The notes beneath the pieces were generated by a model that worked only from the letters and a program-made list of their open reading frames with translations, was not told the origin of the DNA and did not search any database. Of a stretch of 64,000 bases of DNA, positions 1 through 8,697 are shown piece after piece. Where the stretch lies: positions 32,001-96,000 of the IMG/VR virus record IMGVR_UViG_3300031134_000007; one strand, written 5' to 3'. Both the position numbers and the translations under genes were made by a program. How positions within the stretch are numbered: the first letter of the stretch is position 1; every line of letters begins with the position of its first letter. The stretch comes from a virus.

Positions 1-2
1 TT

Positions 3-425
3 AAAGGTAAAAGTCAGGAAGAGTTAACCGCGTTTGCTAATGAAAAGATGGCGATGCTAAAGACTCACCTGGATGCTATTAAAAGTGACCTGCCGGAGAT
101 TAAGTCAGGTGCTTCCAGTGAACTACCTCCGTTGACTGCCGAACACGGCAAGTCTCTGGGTGAGCTCATGAAAGAAATAATGAGCTGGGGTGTCGATATT
201 GAAATGGATGCCGAAGATAATCGCATTACGTACGGTGCGGGCCAGGATACGTTTGATAACGTAGATGGTGCTGACGATAATGATGCGATGAGCAAACTTC
301 AGTGGAACTTCTTGTATTGGGAGTCCGCAACCGAAGCTAACTCTGCACTGGCTGACAAAATCTACAAGTGGTCACTTCAGGTTGCCCAACAGCTTGAATC
401 GGTTATTAACAGTGCCGTGAAATAA
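3..425 (+). CDS. hypothetical protein, 5'-truncated by the window edge
   Basis: The frame of ORF 48..425 is open back to position 3; followed by a UUCG hairpin. Confidence 0.6.
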   Translation, partial: KGKSQEELTAFANEKMAMLKTHLDAIKSDLPEIKSGASSELPPLTAEHGKSLGELMKEIMSWGVDIEMDAEDNRITYGAGQDTFDNVDGADDNDAMSKLQWNFLYWESATEANSALADKIYKWSLQVAQQLESVINSAVK

Positions 426-428
426 TTA

Positions 429-462
429 CATAGGCGGTGGGGCTTCGGCCCTGCCCTTATGC
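429..462 (+). terminator. hairpin terminator with CATA...TTATG closing arms
   Basis: cataggcggtggggc-TTCG-gccctgcccttatgc directly after the stop at 425. Confidence 0.6.
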
Positions 463-499
463 CACCGATTACAATAATACTACCCTACCGGAGGCATAC

Positions 500-559
500 A
501 TGTCTAAATATCGCACCCTGAAGTACTGGTACTTTCGTATGTTACGTAAGCTCGAATAA
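500..559 (+). CDS. 19-aa cationic/aromatic microprotein MSKYRTLKYWYFRMLRKLE
   Basis: GGAGG at 490-494, ATG at 500, TAA at 557-559; lies between two hairpins; translated by hand. Confidence 0.55.
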   Translation: MSKYRTLKYWYFRMLRKLE

Positions 560-564
560 TTAAT

Positions 565-609
565 CGGCATAAAAAAGGAGAGGGGCGCAAGCTCCTCTCC
601 TTTATGCTG
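565..609. terminator. bidirectional hairpin, GCATAA/TTATGC family
   Basis: cggcataaaaaaggagaggggc-GCAA-gctcctctcctttatgctg between convergent ORFs. Confidence 0.75.
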
Positions 610-621
610 GTTTGAGTAATA

Positions 622-915
622 TCATGCAACCATTGCCATTGGACTGATATGAATGAAGCCTTTGCTGGTACTGATACCATACAAGTGCACCGACACCAAA
701 TCTTGCTGTAACGGAAGCATCGGGTAACCGATCATCTCCATACACTGCAGGAACTGGCAATCCGGGATACCAGGCGCGACATTCACCATCCGGGCAACTT
801 TGTTAACAATACGATCTACTAAGTCTAACCCCAGTGCGGTGGCCACTCCTGGAGGGACTTCCGTTTCATAACGGCGAAGTAGATCAGTAAGGATACGAAA
901 CTCTTCTTGTTTCAT
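622..915 (-). CDS. hypothetical protein
   Basis: 97-aa ORF with GAGG RBS, downstream of terminase. Confidence 0.6.
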   Translation of the reverse strand: MKQEEFRILTDLLRRYETEVPPGVATALGLDLVDRIVNKVARMVNVAPGIPDCQFLQCMEMIGYPMLPLQQDLVSVHLYGISTSKGFIHISPMAMVA

Positions 916-986
916 TAAAACCTCGCTGATAAGATAAAACGTGACATGAGTCTATATGTTAGCGCACCCATGTCACGAAATACCAA

Positions 987-3167
987 TTAGAAGTACATGC
1001 CTGCATAACGTCGTGATTTAACACGTGAACCGAGATTAGTCGGCGGTGCGGTGTTACGACCTGCACGTGCTTTCAACTGACGCGTTTCTTTGGCTTCCAA
1101 CAACAACTGATCAACAGTCATAGCATCATTGCCCATATCGACGATTTGTGCACGCAAGTTACGCACTTGTTGCTCAAGACGTGTGATGGCCATTTGATGT
1201 GTGGCAGTTTTCAACAGCTCCATGGTGCTGGTCAATTCATCACGCAGACGAGACTGATGATCCAGCCACGCTTGCTCTTCGATGCTGTAACCTTGTGCCT
1301 GTTCAGAAACGCACATCACTTTACGTGTGTCGATTCCGTACCAGTCCTGGTGACGTGCATCGGTGATGAACCAGTAACCCAGCAGCCAAGCAATAACGAG
1401 GTCATCGTGACCGCCTGACTTATGGTCAACACGGCCGCCCTTCGCCACCAAGCCCATGATCTGATCGATCAGTTCTTTGTCGCGTGTTGCGTAACCCGTG
1501 TGCTTCGCTGCCTCCTGCAGAACACGACCATAAAGAATCGGACGTGATTGTGCGCCAGTCCAGAAGCCGAAGTACGTACGTTTGGAATCGTAGAACTCCT
1601 GTGTACGTGCACCCAGAGGTGTGTTGACCAATTCCATGAACTCCGTGCGGCGCACAGTCTGATCATCCACCAACGTATTGTAGATACGTTTAAACGGATC
1701 CATACCACGACGTGGCAATTCAATCAGTAAGTGGTCAATCAGGGATTGTGCACGGTTGCGTTCAGGAACGAACGTGGAGTTCTTGTGTTGTTCCAACAAG
1801 TCCGCCACCATGTGGTTGACGTTGATGGTGTTGGTGTTGCGGAAGTTCATGGTTGCCACTACACCCATGTCACGGATATCACGGAAGACGATGGTGTTGC
1901 TGTCCCCGGTAGAGGTCGCGTCCGACGTATCCATGCCGATGATGTAATGTGTGGCTGTTTTGTTGCTTTCGATCTCGGCCTTGGTAATGTACCACCGCAC
2001 GATGTACTTGTGCTTTGTGATCTCGGTATACACCACTTCGCGTTGCGAGGCGTTGATCTTTTCGTTGAGTGCGATCGACAGAGGAGACGTCAGGTTACCT
2101 GAAGTCCAGCGGTTAAGGAAGTCACGTTCTGCCGACTCCTTGTCGTTCTTGTTCTGTGCGATGGTTTTACGTAACCATTCGTCAGTGTACCCCAACTGGC
2201 GATGTGACATGGTGATGTTCACCGCCGGTGCTTCCGAGCCCGAGTTGTTCATGATGGTTTCAGACAAATCTTTGAAATCCACACAGTCATAGTACATCTC
2301 GTTCCACACCGCAGCATCTTGCAAGATACCGTAGAAGTACTTGCCTTCACGGGAGTCGCGTCGACCGGCCGTGGTCGTAAAGATGTTGCCATGTGGTGTG
2401 CCAAACTTCTCAGCATAACGTCGTGCAGTGGTTGTGGCGTTCAGTGCCGCCGGGATAGTGATATCCACGAATGACAAGAACGGCCCTTCATCGATGTGAA
2501 TGGTCGCCGTGGTAATACCACGACCCAGGTTGTTTGCTGCAGTTTCGTTACCCTGTGCGATGGCGGCCTTGTAAGCATTCTTCAGTGCAGCGTAGCCAAT
2601 CCACTCGGAGTTGTCCGGATCATGACGGTCACGCACCACCAGGTATTTTGGTAAGAAGTCACGCATCGCCTTGAGACGTTTAATGTTCTCAGCACGAAGG
2701 TCACCCTTGGTAATCAGGGAGATGTTGTTGTTACGACTACCAAAGTAGATTAACCACAACATGATACAGTCAGTAGAAACCGACTTCCCGGTCTGACGTG
2801 GCTGGATCAAGAACACGTCGATGTGACACAGGTAAAGCCAACTCAAAGCCATGTTGCCACGGTTGGCGATATAACGAATACCTTCAGCCTGACCCGGAAC
2901 ACGGATGCGAATCACTTCACGAATGAAGTACCAGAAGTTGATACTGCACTCGATGGCGATCGCCTTCTTTTGCTCTTCCGTTAAGTTGGGATCATACGGG
3001 TCTACGTCGATTAGAGACTTGTTGAACAAGGAGAGCATAAACAGGCAGTTCTTCACACCCATGTCATGCATCTTCTTCGCAACTTTCAAGAAGCTGTCGT
3101 TCTTGGTCTCATAATGAACGTGTGGCATCATTCGGTATTTACACCAATCATTGCCATACAGTATCAT
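987..3167 (-). CDS. terL: terminase large subunit (phiKZ gp25-like)
   Basis: Walker A PRQTGKS, Walker B IHIDEG, nuclease motifs IIGMD and HDDLVIAW; position next to the sheath cluster. Confidence 0.95.
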   Translation of the reverse strand: MILYGNDWCKYRMMPHVHYETKNDSFLKVAKKMHDMGVKNCLFMLSLFNKSLIDVDPYDPNLTEEQKKAIAIECSINFWYFIREVIRIRVPGQAEGIRYIANRGNMALSWLYLCHIDVFLIQPRQTGKSVSTDCIMLWLIYFGSRNNNISLITKGDLRAENIKRLKAMRDFLPKYLVVRDRHDPDNSEWIGYAALKNAYKAAIAQGNETAANNLGRGITTATIHIDEGPFLSFVDITIPAALNATTTARRYAEKFGTPHGNIFTTTAGRRDSREGKYFYGILQDAAVWNEMYYDCVDFKDLSETIMNNSGSEAPAVNITMSHRQLGYTDEWLRKTIAQNKNDKESAERDFLNRWTSGNLTSPLSIALNEKINASQREVVYTEITKHKYIVRWYITKAEIESNKTATHYIIGMDTSDATSTGDSNTIVFRDIRDMGVVATMNFRNTNTINVNHMVADLLEQHKNSTFVPERNRAQSLIDHLLIELPRRGMDPFKRIYNTLVDDQTVRRTEFMELVNTPLGARTQEFYDSKRTYFGFWTGAQSRPILYGRVLQEAAKHTGYATRDKELIDQIMGLVAKGGRVDHKSGGHDDLVIAWLLGYWFITDARHQDWYGIDTRKVMCVSEQAQGYSIEEQAWLDHQSRLRDELTSTMELLKTATHQMAITRLEQQVRNLRAQIVDMGNDAMTVDQLLLEAKETRQLKARAGRNTAPPTNLGSRVKSRRYAGMYF

Positions 3168-3229
3168 AAAACGTGTTCCTTATAAAGCACAGGGTTGAGG
3201 GCGAAAGCCCCCAACACCTGTACAGTGAG

Positions 3230-4972
3230 TTACTGCTTGACCACCAGGGCAGAAACACCCAGCTGCAGTTCAACGTTACCCGTGTCCGTCTTCAACCACT
3301 TCACGTACACCGTCTGACCTACGTTCAGAATGGTGCTGATCGTCAGAACCGCGTTCCACTGCGCTACCGGATAGCGGTACACGTGGGTGCTGTCGACATA
3401 GATCTCAAAGTGGGTTGGTTCAGGTGCTTTCGACTCAGAGGCAATCGAGCGCAATGGGCGTGTATTGTAGAACATCTGCTGCAGCCACTCTGCGTAGGTC
3501 GCAATCCCCGCATCGACTTTCACCGTACGGGAGTTAGCAGTCTGCGTTGTGACTTTACAGGAGAGTCCCACACCAAACAGCGGGTCTTGACCAGGGTCGA
3601 ACCCTACAGTCCAGTCCGTGCCGGTGGCAAGACCCGGTGCGCCGTACAAGACAACGTCGAGTTTCTGCACGTGACGGAACGGTTTCCAGCGAGAGTCAAC
3701 ATCTGACAAGGTTACCGCGTAAGACAGATGCTGCACTACACCGTAGTTCAATCCATCAAACGGTTCAGAGTTGGTGGCGACTTCCACTTTATCCGTTACT
3801 TCGTAAGCCATCTGACGATCCAGGTTATACAACCACCAGGACATCTTCCAGCCAAGCGCTGCAGAAGCGAACACCGGATAGCCGTACAGCTTCGCCGCGT
3901 AAGCACCCACGGCTTCGGTGGTCCGGATGCGATACTGCTCATCCACGTGCTTCTTCTCACCTGGGTTAGCCGATACCGCTTGTTCGTCGTCGTTCAGGAA
4001 GTAGGTCAGCGTCAGGTTAGCCTGTTGTCCCACGATAGTTGGGATATATTCCCGCATACCGTTTAACACCATGCGTTCGCCATCAACCGGCCAGTCCTTG
4101 TACGAGTTGTCGGTGTACCAAACACGCGCACGGAACTCCACCTGACTCAGGTCACGAATCGAAACCGGAATCTCAAGCAGGTTTGGATCAGCGCCGTTCA
4201 TGAATGGCGAGAGCAGTTGTACGGCTTTCACGTACTTCTGACCCGATTCATTACGACGGACAAACGCCGTGTTCTGCACCACCATGCGGTACGCCGGGAG
4301 AATAGCACCGCCATTCTTGTCGTACGCCACAAACGTCAGGGTTTCCCCATCGGCTAAGTTCATGGAGCAGTTGCACGGCATCGGGATACGCACCGCAATG
4401 TTGCGTGAATCGTTGAACTTGGCCAGTTCCAAAGGAACCGTGTCGCTCACGATGTTACCCGAGTTGTCGTATTGACAGCTGACCACTTTGCCGTTGACAC
4501 CAATATCGTTGTTCAGCCAGATTTTAGCCGACGCTGCATTGGAACCCCACACCTGAATGCGGTTATCCACACTCATCACCGGCGGCATCTGCGAGTAGTC
4601 AATACCGCAAACAATGAATTCACTGGTCAGGCGAGAGATACTGCCAAGAATCACCAGGTCATCATTGGTAGTGCCCGCACGGTCCGGTGCTTCCCAGGGA
4701 ACCAGGGTCGACAGGTTTTCACCTTCCAGACCAACATGAGCAACGTAGAACCAACCGTTGTCTTTGTCGTTGACCCAGTCACCTTCTTTCGGAACGTAAG
4801 CGTAGTAGCCGTTTTCCTGAATGAAGGCCGGGCCTTTATAGATGTTACGAATATCCCAAAACGCAACGAGGTCGTTTGCCTTGGGAAGGATAGGTTTCAA
4901 GGCCGCCGCCAATGTGGTCGTGGTCTTGAACGCACCGCTCAATAAATCAGTCATCAGATTATCCTGCAGCAA
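3230..4972 (-). CDS. virion structural protein (phiKZ gp26-like)
   Basis: 580-aa beta-rich ORF in the terminase-to-sheath synteny; true start may be slightly downstream. Confidence 0.7.
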   Translation of the reverse strand: MLQDNLMTDLLSGAFKTTTTLAAALKPILPKANDLVAFWDIRNIYKGPAFIQENGYYAYVPKEGDWVNDKDNGWFYVAHVGLEGENLSTLVPWEAPDRAGTTNDDLVILGSISRLTSEFIVCGIDYSQMPPVMSVDNRIQVWGSNAASAKIWLNNDIGVNGKVVSCQYDNSGNIVSDTVPLELAKFNDSRNIAVRIPMPCNCSMNLADGETLTFVAYDKNGGAILPAYRMVVQNTAFVRRNESGQKYVKAVQLLSPFMNGADPNLLEIPVSIRDLSQVEFRARVWYTDNSYKDWPVDGERMVLNGMREYIPTIVGQQANLTLTYFLNDDEQAVSANPGEKKHVDEQYRIRTTEAVGAYAAKLYGYPVFASAALGWKMSWWLYNLDRQMAYEVTDKVEVATNSEPFDGLNYGVVQHLSYAVTLSDVDSRWKPFRHVQKLDVVLYGAPGLATGTDWTVGFDPGQDPLFGVGLSCKVTTQTANSRTVKVDAGIATYAEWLQQMFYNTRPLRSIASESKAPEPTHFEIYVDSTHVYRYPVAQWNAVLTISTILNVGQTVYVKWLKTDTGNVELQLGVSALVVKQ

Positions 4973-7529
4973 TGGTTACATACCCAGAAAGCGACGTGCG
5001 CTTATTCAGGTACAGATCAATAACACGATTCAGGAAGTCGTATTGCAACGAGGTCACCGACAAGGTACCAGGCTGGTTATGCGGTTCAACAAGCACATAG
5101 GTCCAGTCGATGTCTTTGGTGCAATGATCGAACGCCATCCACCATTTGTACGGCTCAAGAATCTTATCCAGCTTTTCATCCGATCCCCACCCAGCGGCAG
5201 GTAACACCAGGAAGCCCAGCTTGAGGTCGTAAATCAGCTTTTGTAACAGCGGCGAATACACCACGTACTTTTGCTGAACAAAATTGGGATCACCAAAATC
5301 AGGCTGTGGGAATACCGAGGTCAGGTAAGCACCCAAACGGTTATCCAGATCCAACGCCGCCTCACGCTGTGGGAAGGTCTCGTAGTCATCAACACCCCGC
5401 ACACTCGCCATGACATTACTGATGTGATACGGCTGACCGTTATAGCTTGGATCTAATCCAGCGGCAGACGGAACGTCTTCTGCATACACCAGATCTTCAC
5501 GCCGTGCTACACGTCCAGCGATCACACACCGCACCGTACGATCATCACGCAAGTTAAACACGTCATTATTACTGATGTGCTCACGGGTGACCCAACCGAA
5601 CTCGTTAGCCGGCTGTGGTTGCAGATCAAGTGTGCCCCAGCCTGTACACCGCACAGTGAACTGCTGCGGCTGGTCAGGAACCAGGTAGGCTTTGTTGGTG
5701 ATCACAATCCGTGGATAGTTCATGATGTAATCGATACCCGGAACCAACGAATGCCGGTTCATAATGATATCAACATTCCCCGGTGCAATCGGTGCTTCTA
5801 AGCCACCACCTACCCAGTCGTACGTGATCGAGAAGGCCAGCGTTTTATCGAGATGGTCCAGGGTGAAATCATAACCCAGGAACACGTCGTTGAACACCAC
5901 CAGACCAATGTTGCGAACTTTGTTATGCACAAACGTAAGCTTACCTTGGTTCACCTTGTACACCGTGTCCAGGTTAGTGACGTCGGTCCAGGTCGTGTTA
6001 TCAACCGTGGTCTCATCCCACTTCGCCGTATAGACACGGTAACCATAGTCTTTCAACAACGGTACGTCATCGTTACCAAAAACGTAGTGCGGTGACTTAC
6101 TGGCTTTCCCGCTGTAGACTTCAATCAACGCCGCGTTTGCATTGTGTGCAATGTAGCGGTTGCCACCCGACTGGTAGTAGTTACCCAGGTACAAGCCATC
6201 ACTGTCGTATTCGTAAACCTGTGCGTTTTCACGCAGGCTTGGTGACAGCACGGCGTAACCATTGCTGGTCTCACCCTTGGTCAGTAACAGTGGGGTGTTA
6301 GCCATCACTTGGGTCATTGCGTTGTAACCGTATGCATCACGCACCAGGTTAGAGCTCAGTAACTTGTACTGCGCACCCAGCAGACGGATATAGTCACAAC
6401 GCTCCAGTTCAGCTGCGGACCATTCCGGCAGTGTTGCACGTACGTTCACCATCACATCAAGAATCAATGCATCGGTGAGTTTGTACATTTCATTTATACG
6501 GTTACTGTTAAAGGCAAGCTTTTGATCAAAGCCGCTTTTACGCATAACACACCGGACCGTACAATCGTTGAGCTGACCCCAACCTTGCTGCAACACAAAG
6601 TTTTGCAAGTACTGCACACAGAGTGCGTAATCACGATGGGTTAACTGACGGATTGCATCTTTGCGGTTGCGGTGGAAAAACACCCCCGTGCCATCGGGAC
6701 CGATCAACCAGAAGTCGAGGTCATCAAAGTACACCACGTCCAAATCCGTTTCGTCATTAAGACGTGGCGGATGGAAGATGAACTTCTGTCGATTATCCAA
6801 GGTGGACAAAAACGTCGGCATGGTTTTGACCGGAATGTCCACCACTTTGAATACCGAGGCATCGTACGACACCGTGACATAATCACGTTGACGGTAGGAA
6901 CCCGGGACAAAGTCATCCACCAGTTTACCGTTCACCAATGCCTGTGCCAACCCTTCCTTATTAGCCTTCAGTGACAGGTACTGATTCTGCCAACGCAAGA
7001 CCTCATTGGGGTTACTCATCATTCCGCCAAAGCAAAGCAGTTTATCCAACCGCTCTTCTTCTAACAGTGTTTCCCAGTAGGCGTTGCTGTAGACACGCAA
7101 GTACACGTCCACGTTACGCGGCACCGCCATGTTCTGGAAATCCGTGATAGCAATCAGGATGTTGTGATCGTAACGTAACCGTACAAAGACACCGGTGGCG
7201 GGAAGTTGCACACCGGTATCCAGGTAGACGTTTGCCACCAACATACGCATGTAACGCAGGTCACTTAAACGCACCCACTCTTCTAATGGTAACGGGCTGA
7301 TGTAACCATCACCGACGTTCCAGGTCCAGGGGTGGTTCTGTCCGATCTGAAAGACGTGGTACAGTTCTTTGCGGGTGGGTAACGGCACATACGCAGTCAT
7401 CACCGAACTGTAGTTGATATCACCAATGTCTCGTGAAATACGAGCCAGGTGCAACACGTGCTGACGATCGGCTTGTGGGTTAGCCCACGCGTTTTCAATT
7501 GCGTGGTTTACTAAATCGACGCTCGCCAT
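4959..7529 (-). CDS. virion structural protein (phiKZ gp27-like, putative baseplate-associated)
   Basis: 856-aa ORF; size and position match the phiKZ-like core block. Confidence 0.7.
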   Translation of the reverse strand: MASVDLVNHAIENAWANPQADRQHVLHLARISRDIGDINYSSVMTAYVPLPTRKELYHVFQIGQNHPWTWNVGDGYISPLPLEEWVRLSDLRYMRMLVANVYLDTGVQLPATGVFVRLRYDHNILIAITDFQNMAVPRNVDVYLRVYSNAYWETLLEEERLDKLLCFGGMMSNPNEVLRWQNQYLSLKANKEGLAQALVNGKLVDDFVPGSYRQRDYVTVSYDASVFKVVDIPVKTMPTFLSTLDNRQKFIFHPPRLNDETDLDVVYFDDLDFWLIGPDGTGVFFHRNRKDAIRQLTHRDYALCVQYLQNFVLQQGWGQLNDCTVRCVMRKSGFDQKLAFNSNRINEMYKLTDALILDVMVNVRATLPEWSAAELERCDYIRLLGAQYKLLSSNLVRDAYGYNAMTQVMANTPLLLTKGETSNGYAVLSPSLRENAQVYEYDSDGLYLGNYYQSGGNRYIAHNANAALIEVYSGKASKSPHYVFGNDDVPLLKDYGYRVYTAKWDETTVDNTTWTDVTNLDTVYKVNQGKLTFVHNKVRNIGLVVFNDVFLGYDFTLDHLDKTLAFSITYDWVGGGLEAPIAPGNVDIIMNRHSLVPGIDYIMNYPRIVITNKAYLVPDQPQQFTVRCTGWGTLDLQPQPANEFGWVTREHISNNDVFNLRDDRTVRCVIAGRVARREDLVYAEDVPSAAGLDPSYNGQPYHISNVMASVRGVDDYETFPQREAALDLDNRLGAYLTSVFPQPDFGDPNFVQQKYVVYSPLLQKLIYDLKLGFLVLPAAGWGSDEKLDKILEPYKWWMAFDHCTKDIDWTYVLVEPHNQPGTLSVTSLQYDFLNRVIDLYLNKRTSLSGYVTIAAG

Positions 7530-7541
7530 GACGCCCCCTTC

Positions 7542-8495
7542 TTACAGATCAATGGTGCCTGCGAAGCTGCGCATAAACACCTCTTTGGTTTTCTTGAATT
7601 CACCCCGGTCCAGAATACGACCCAGCACTGTGTTGCGGTAGTAGCTGTTGTTCGCAGAACCGTAGAGCATAGACAAGAACACCGGCGGATATTCCAAACC
7701 GATAGCGCCAGACTCAGCAGCATGACCACCAATCCACGCACCGCCAGCTACCGACACGAACATGCGCAGGTCCAGCAGTTTTAATTCTTCCGCCCCCACT
7801 ACTTCAAGAGCATGGGTAACGAAAGACTGTACACCAGACAGGAACGGGGCATCTTCGAGTGTTTCTGCCACGACGTCTGCACGTACCCGCGATTGGTCGG
7901 TGACTTTACGCACGGCATTCATTCTTACCGCTGGATCGGCAAAGTCGCTTTCATCGTAGAACTGACACACAAAGAACCAGCCACAATAAGCCAGGAAACG
8001 TGGCATTTCATTGTAGCCCATTTTGGTTTTGTTCGCGATGGCTTCTGCGACCCAACGGATGTAGACCTGCATCGGAATAGGTGACAGGTTCAAGAAGTCA
8101 CGCTGGTTACCGGACATCCAATACCACACCGCTTTCATGCGGATGATCTGCTGTTGCAAATCAGTGATGGCATTACGACTACGCAGCGCAATGGTGCCAG
8201 TTGCCTGATCAAACATTAATGCGGTGCGCGCATCGATAACGATGTTCTGTTTACCCAGTGTGTCGGTAAACGTGATAGGGTTGGTGAACGCTGTCTCGGT
8301 ATCATTACCGGTAATCCCGGCAACCAAGAACCACATCCCCTCGACCTTCACCGGACCATAAATGCCGGTTAAGCCAGGAATGGGTTTTGTTGCGGGGATC
8401 AGACGCTTTTCAATCTTTGCTAACTTCATTGCCGATTGGATCTTATCGATCGGGTTCCAACTGGCCGCTTTAGTCTGATAGGGGGAAATAAACAT
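7542..8495 (-). CDS. conserved jumbo-phage protein (phiKZ gp28-like)
   Basis: 317 aa, divergent from the sheath gene as in phiKZ-like phages. Confidence 0.65.
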   Translation of the reverse strand: MFISPYQTKAASWNPIDKIQSAMKLAKIEKRLIPATKPIPGLTGIYGPVKVEGMWFLVAGITGNDTETAFTNPITFTDTLGKQNIVIDARTALMFDQATGTIALRSRNAITDLQQQIIRMKAVWYWMSGNQRDFLNLSPIPMQVYIRWVAEAIANKTKMGYNEMPRFLAYCGWFFVCQFYDESDFADPAVRMNAVRKVTDQSRVRADVVAETLEDAPFLSGVQSFVTHALEVVGAEELKLLDLRMFVSVAGGAWIGGHAAESGAIGLEYPPVFLSMLYGSANNSYYRNTVLGRILDRGEFKKTKEVFMRSFAGTIDL

Positions 8496-8541
8496 GGTCG
8501 TGAAACCCTCTCCTGCGCGCTTTTATGTAAACAATGACACC

Positions 8542-8590
8542 TAATGGTATGGCACTGTTTAATCGTCGTAAATAGTGAACCATACCATTA
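8542..8590. promoter_or_regulatory. 49-nt inverted repeat with TATG late-promoter cores on both strands
   Basis: TAATGGTATGG-CACTGTTTA-atcgtcg-TAAATAGTG-aa-CCATACCATTA in the divergent intergenic region. Confidence 0.55.
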
Positions 8591-8697
8591 CTCCCTGCCA
8601 CGACGGTGGTTTGTGTGGGGTGGATTGGCGCCACAAAGCAGTGAAACATGTTTCTAAAAAAGGCTCTTTTGACACTATCGATAGTTAGGAGAAAGGC

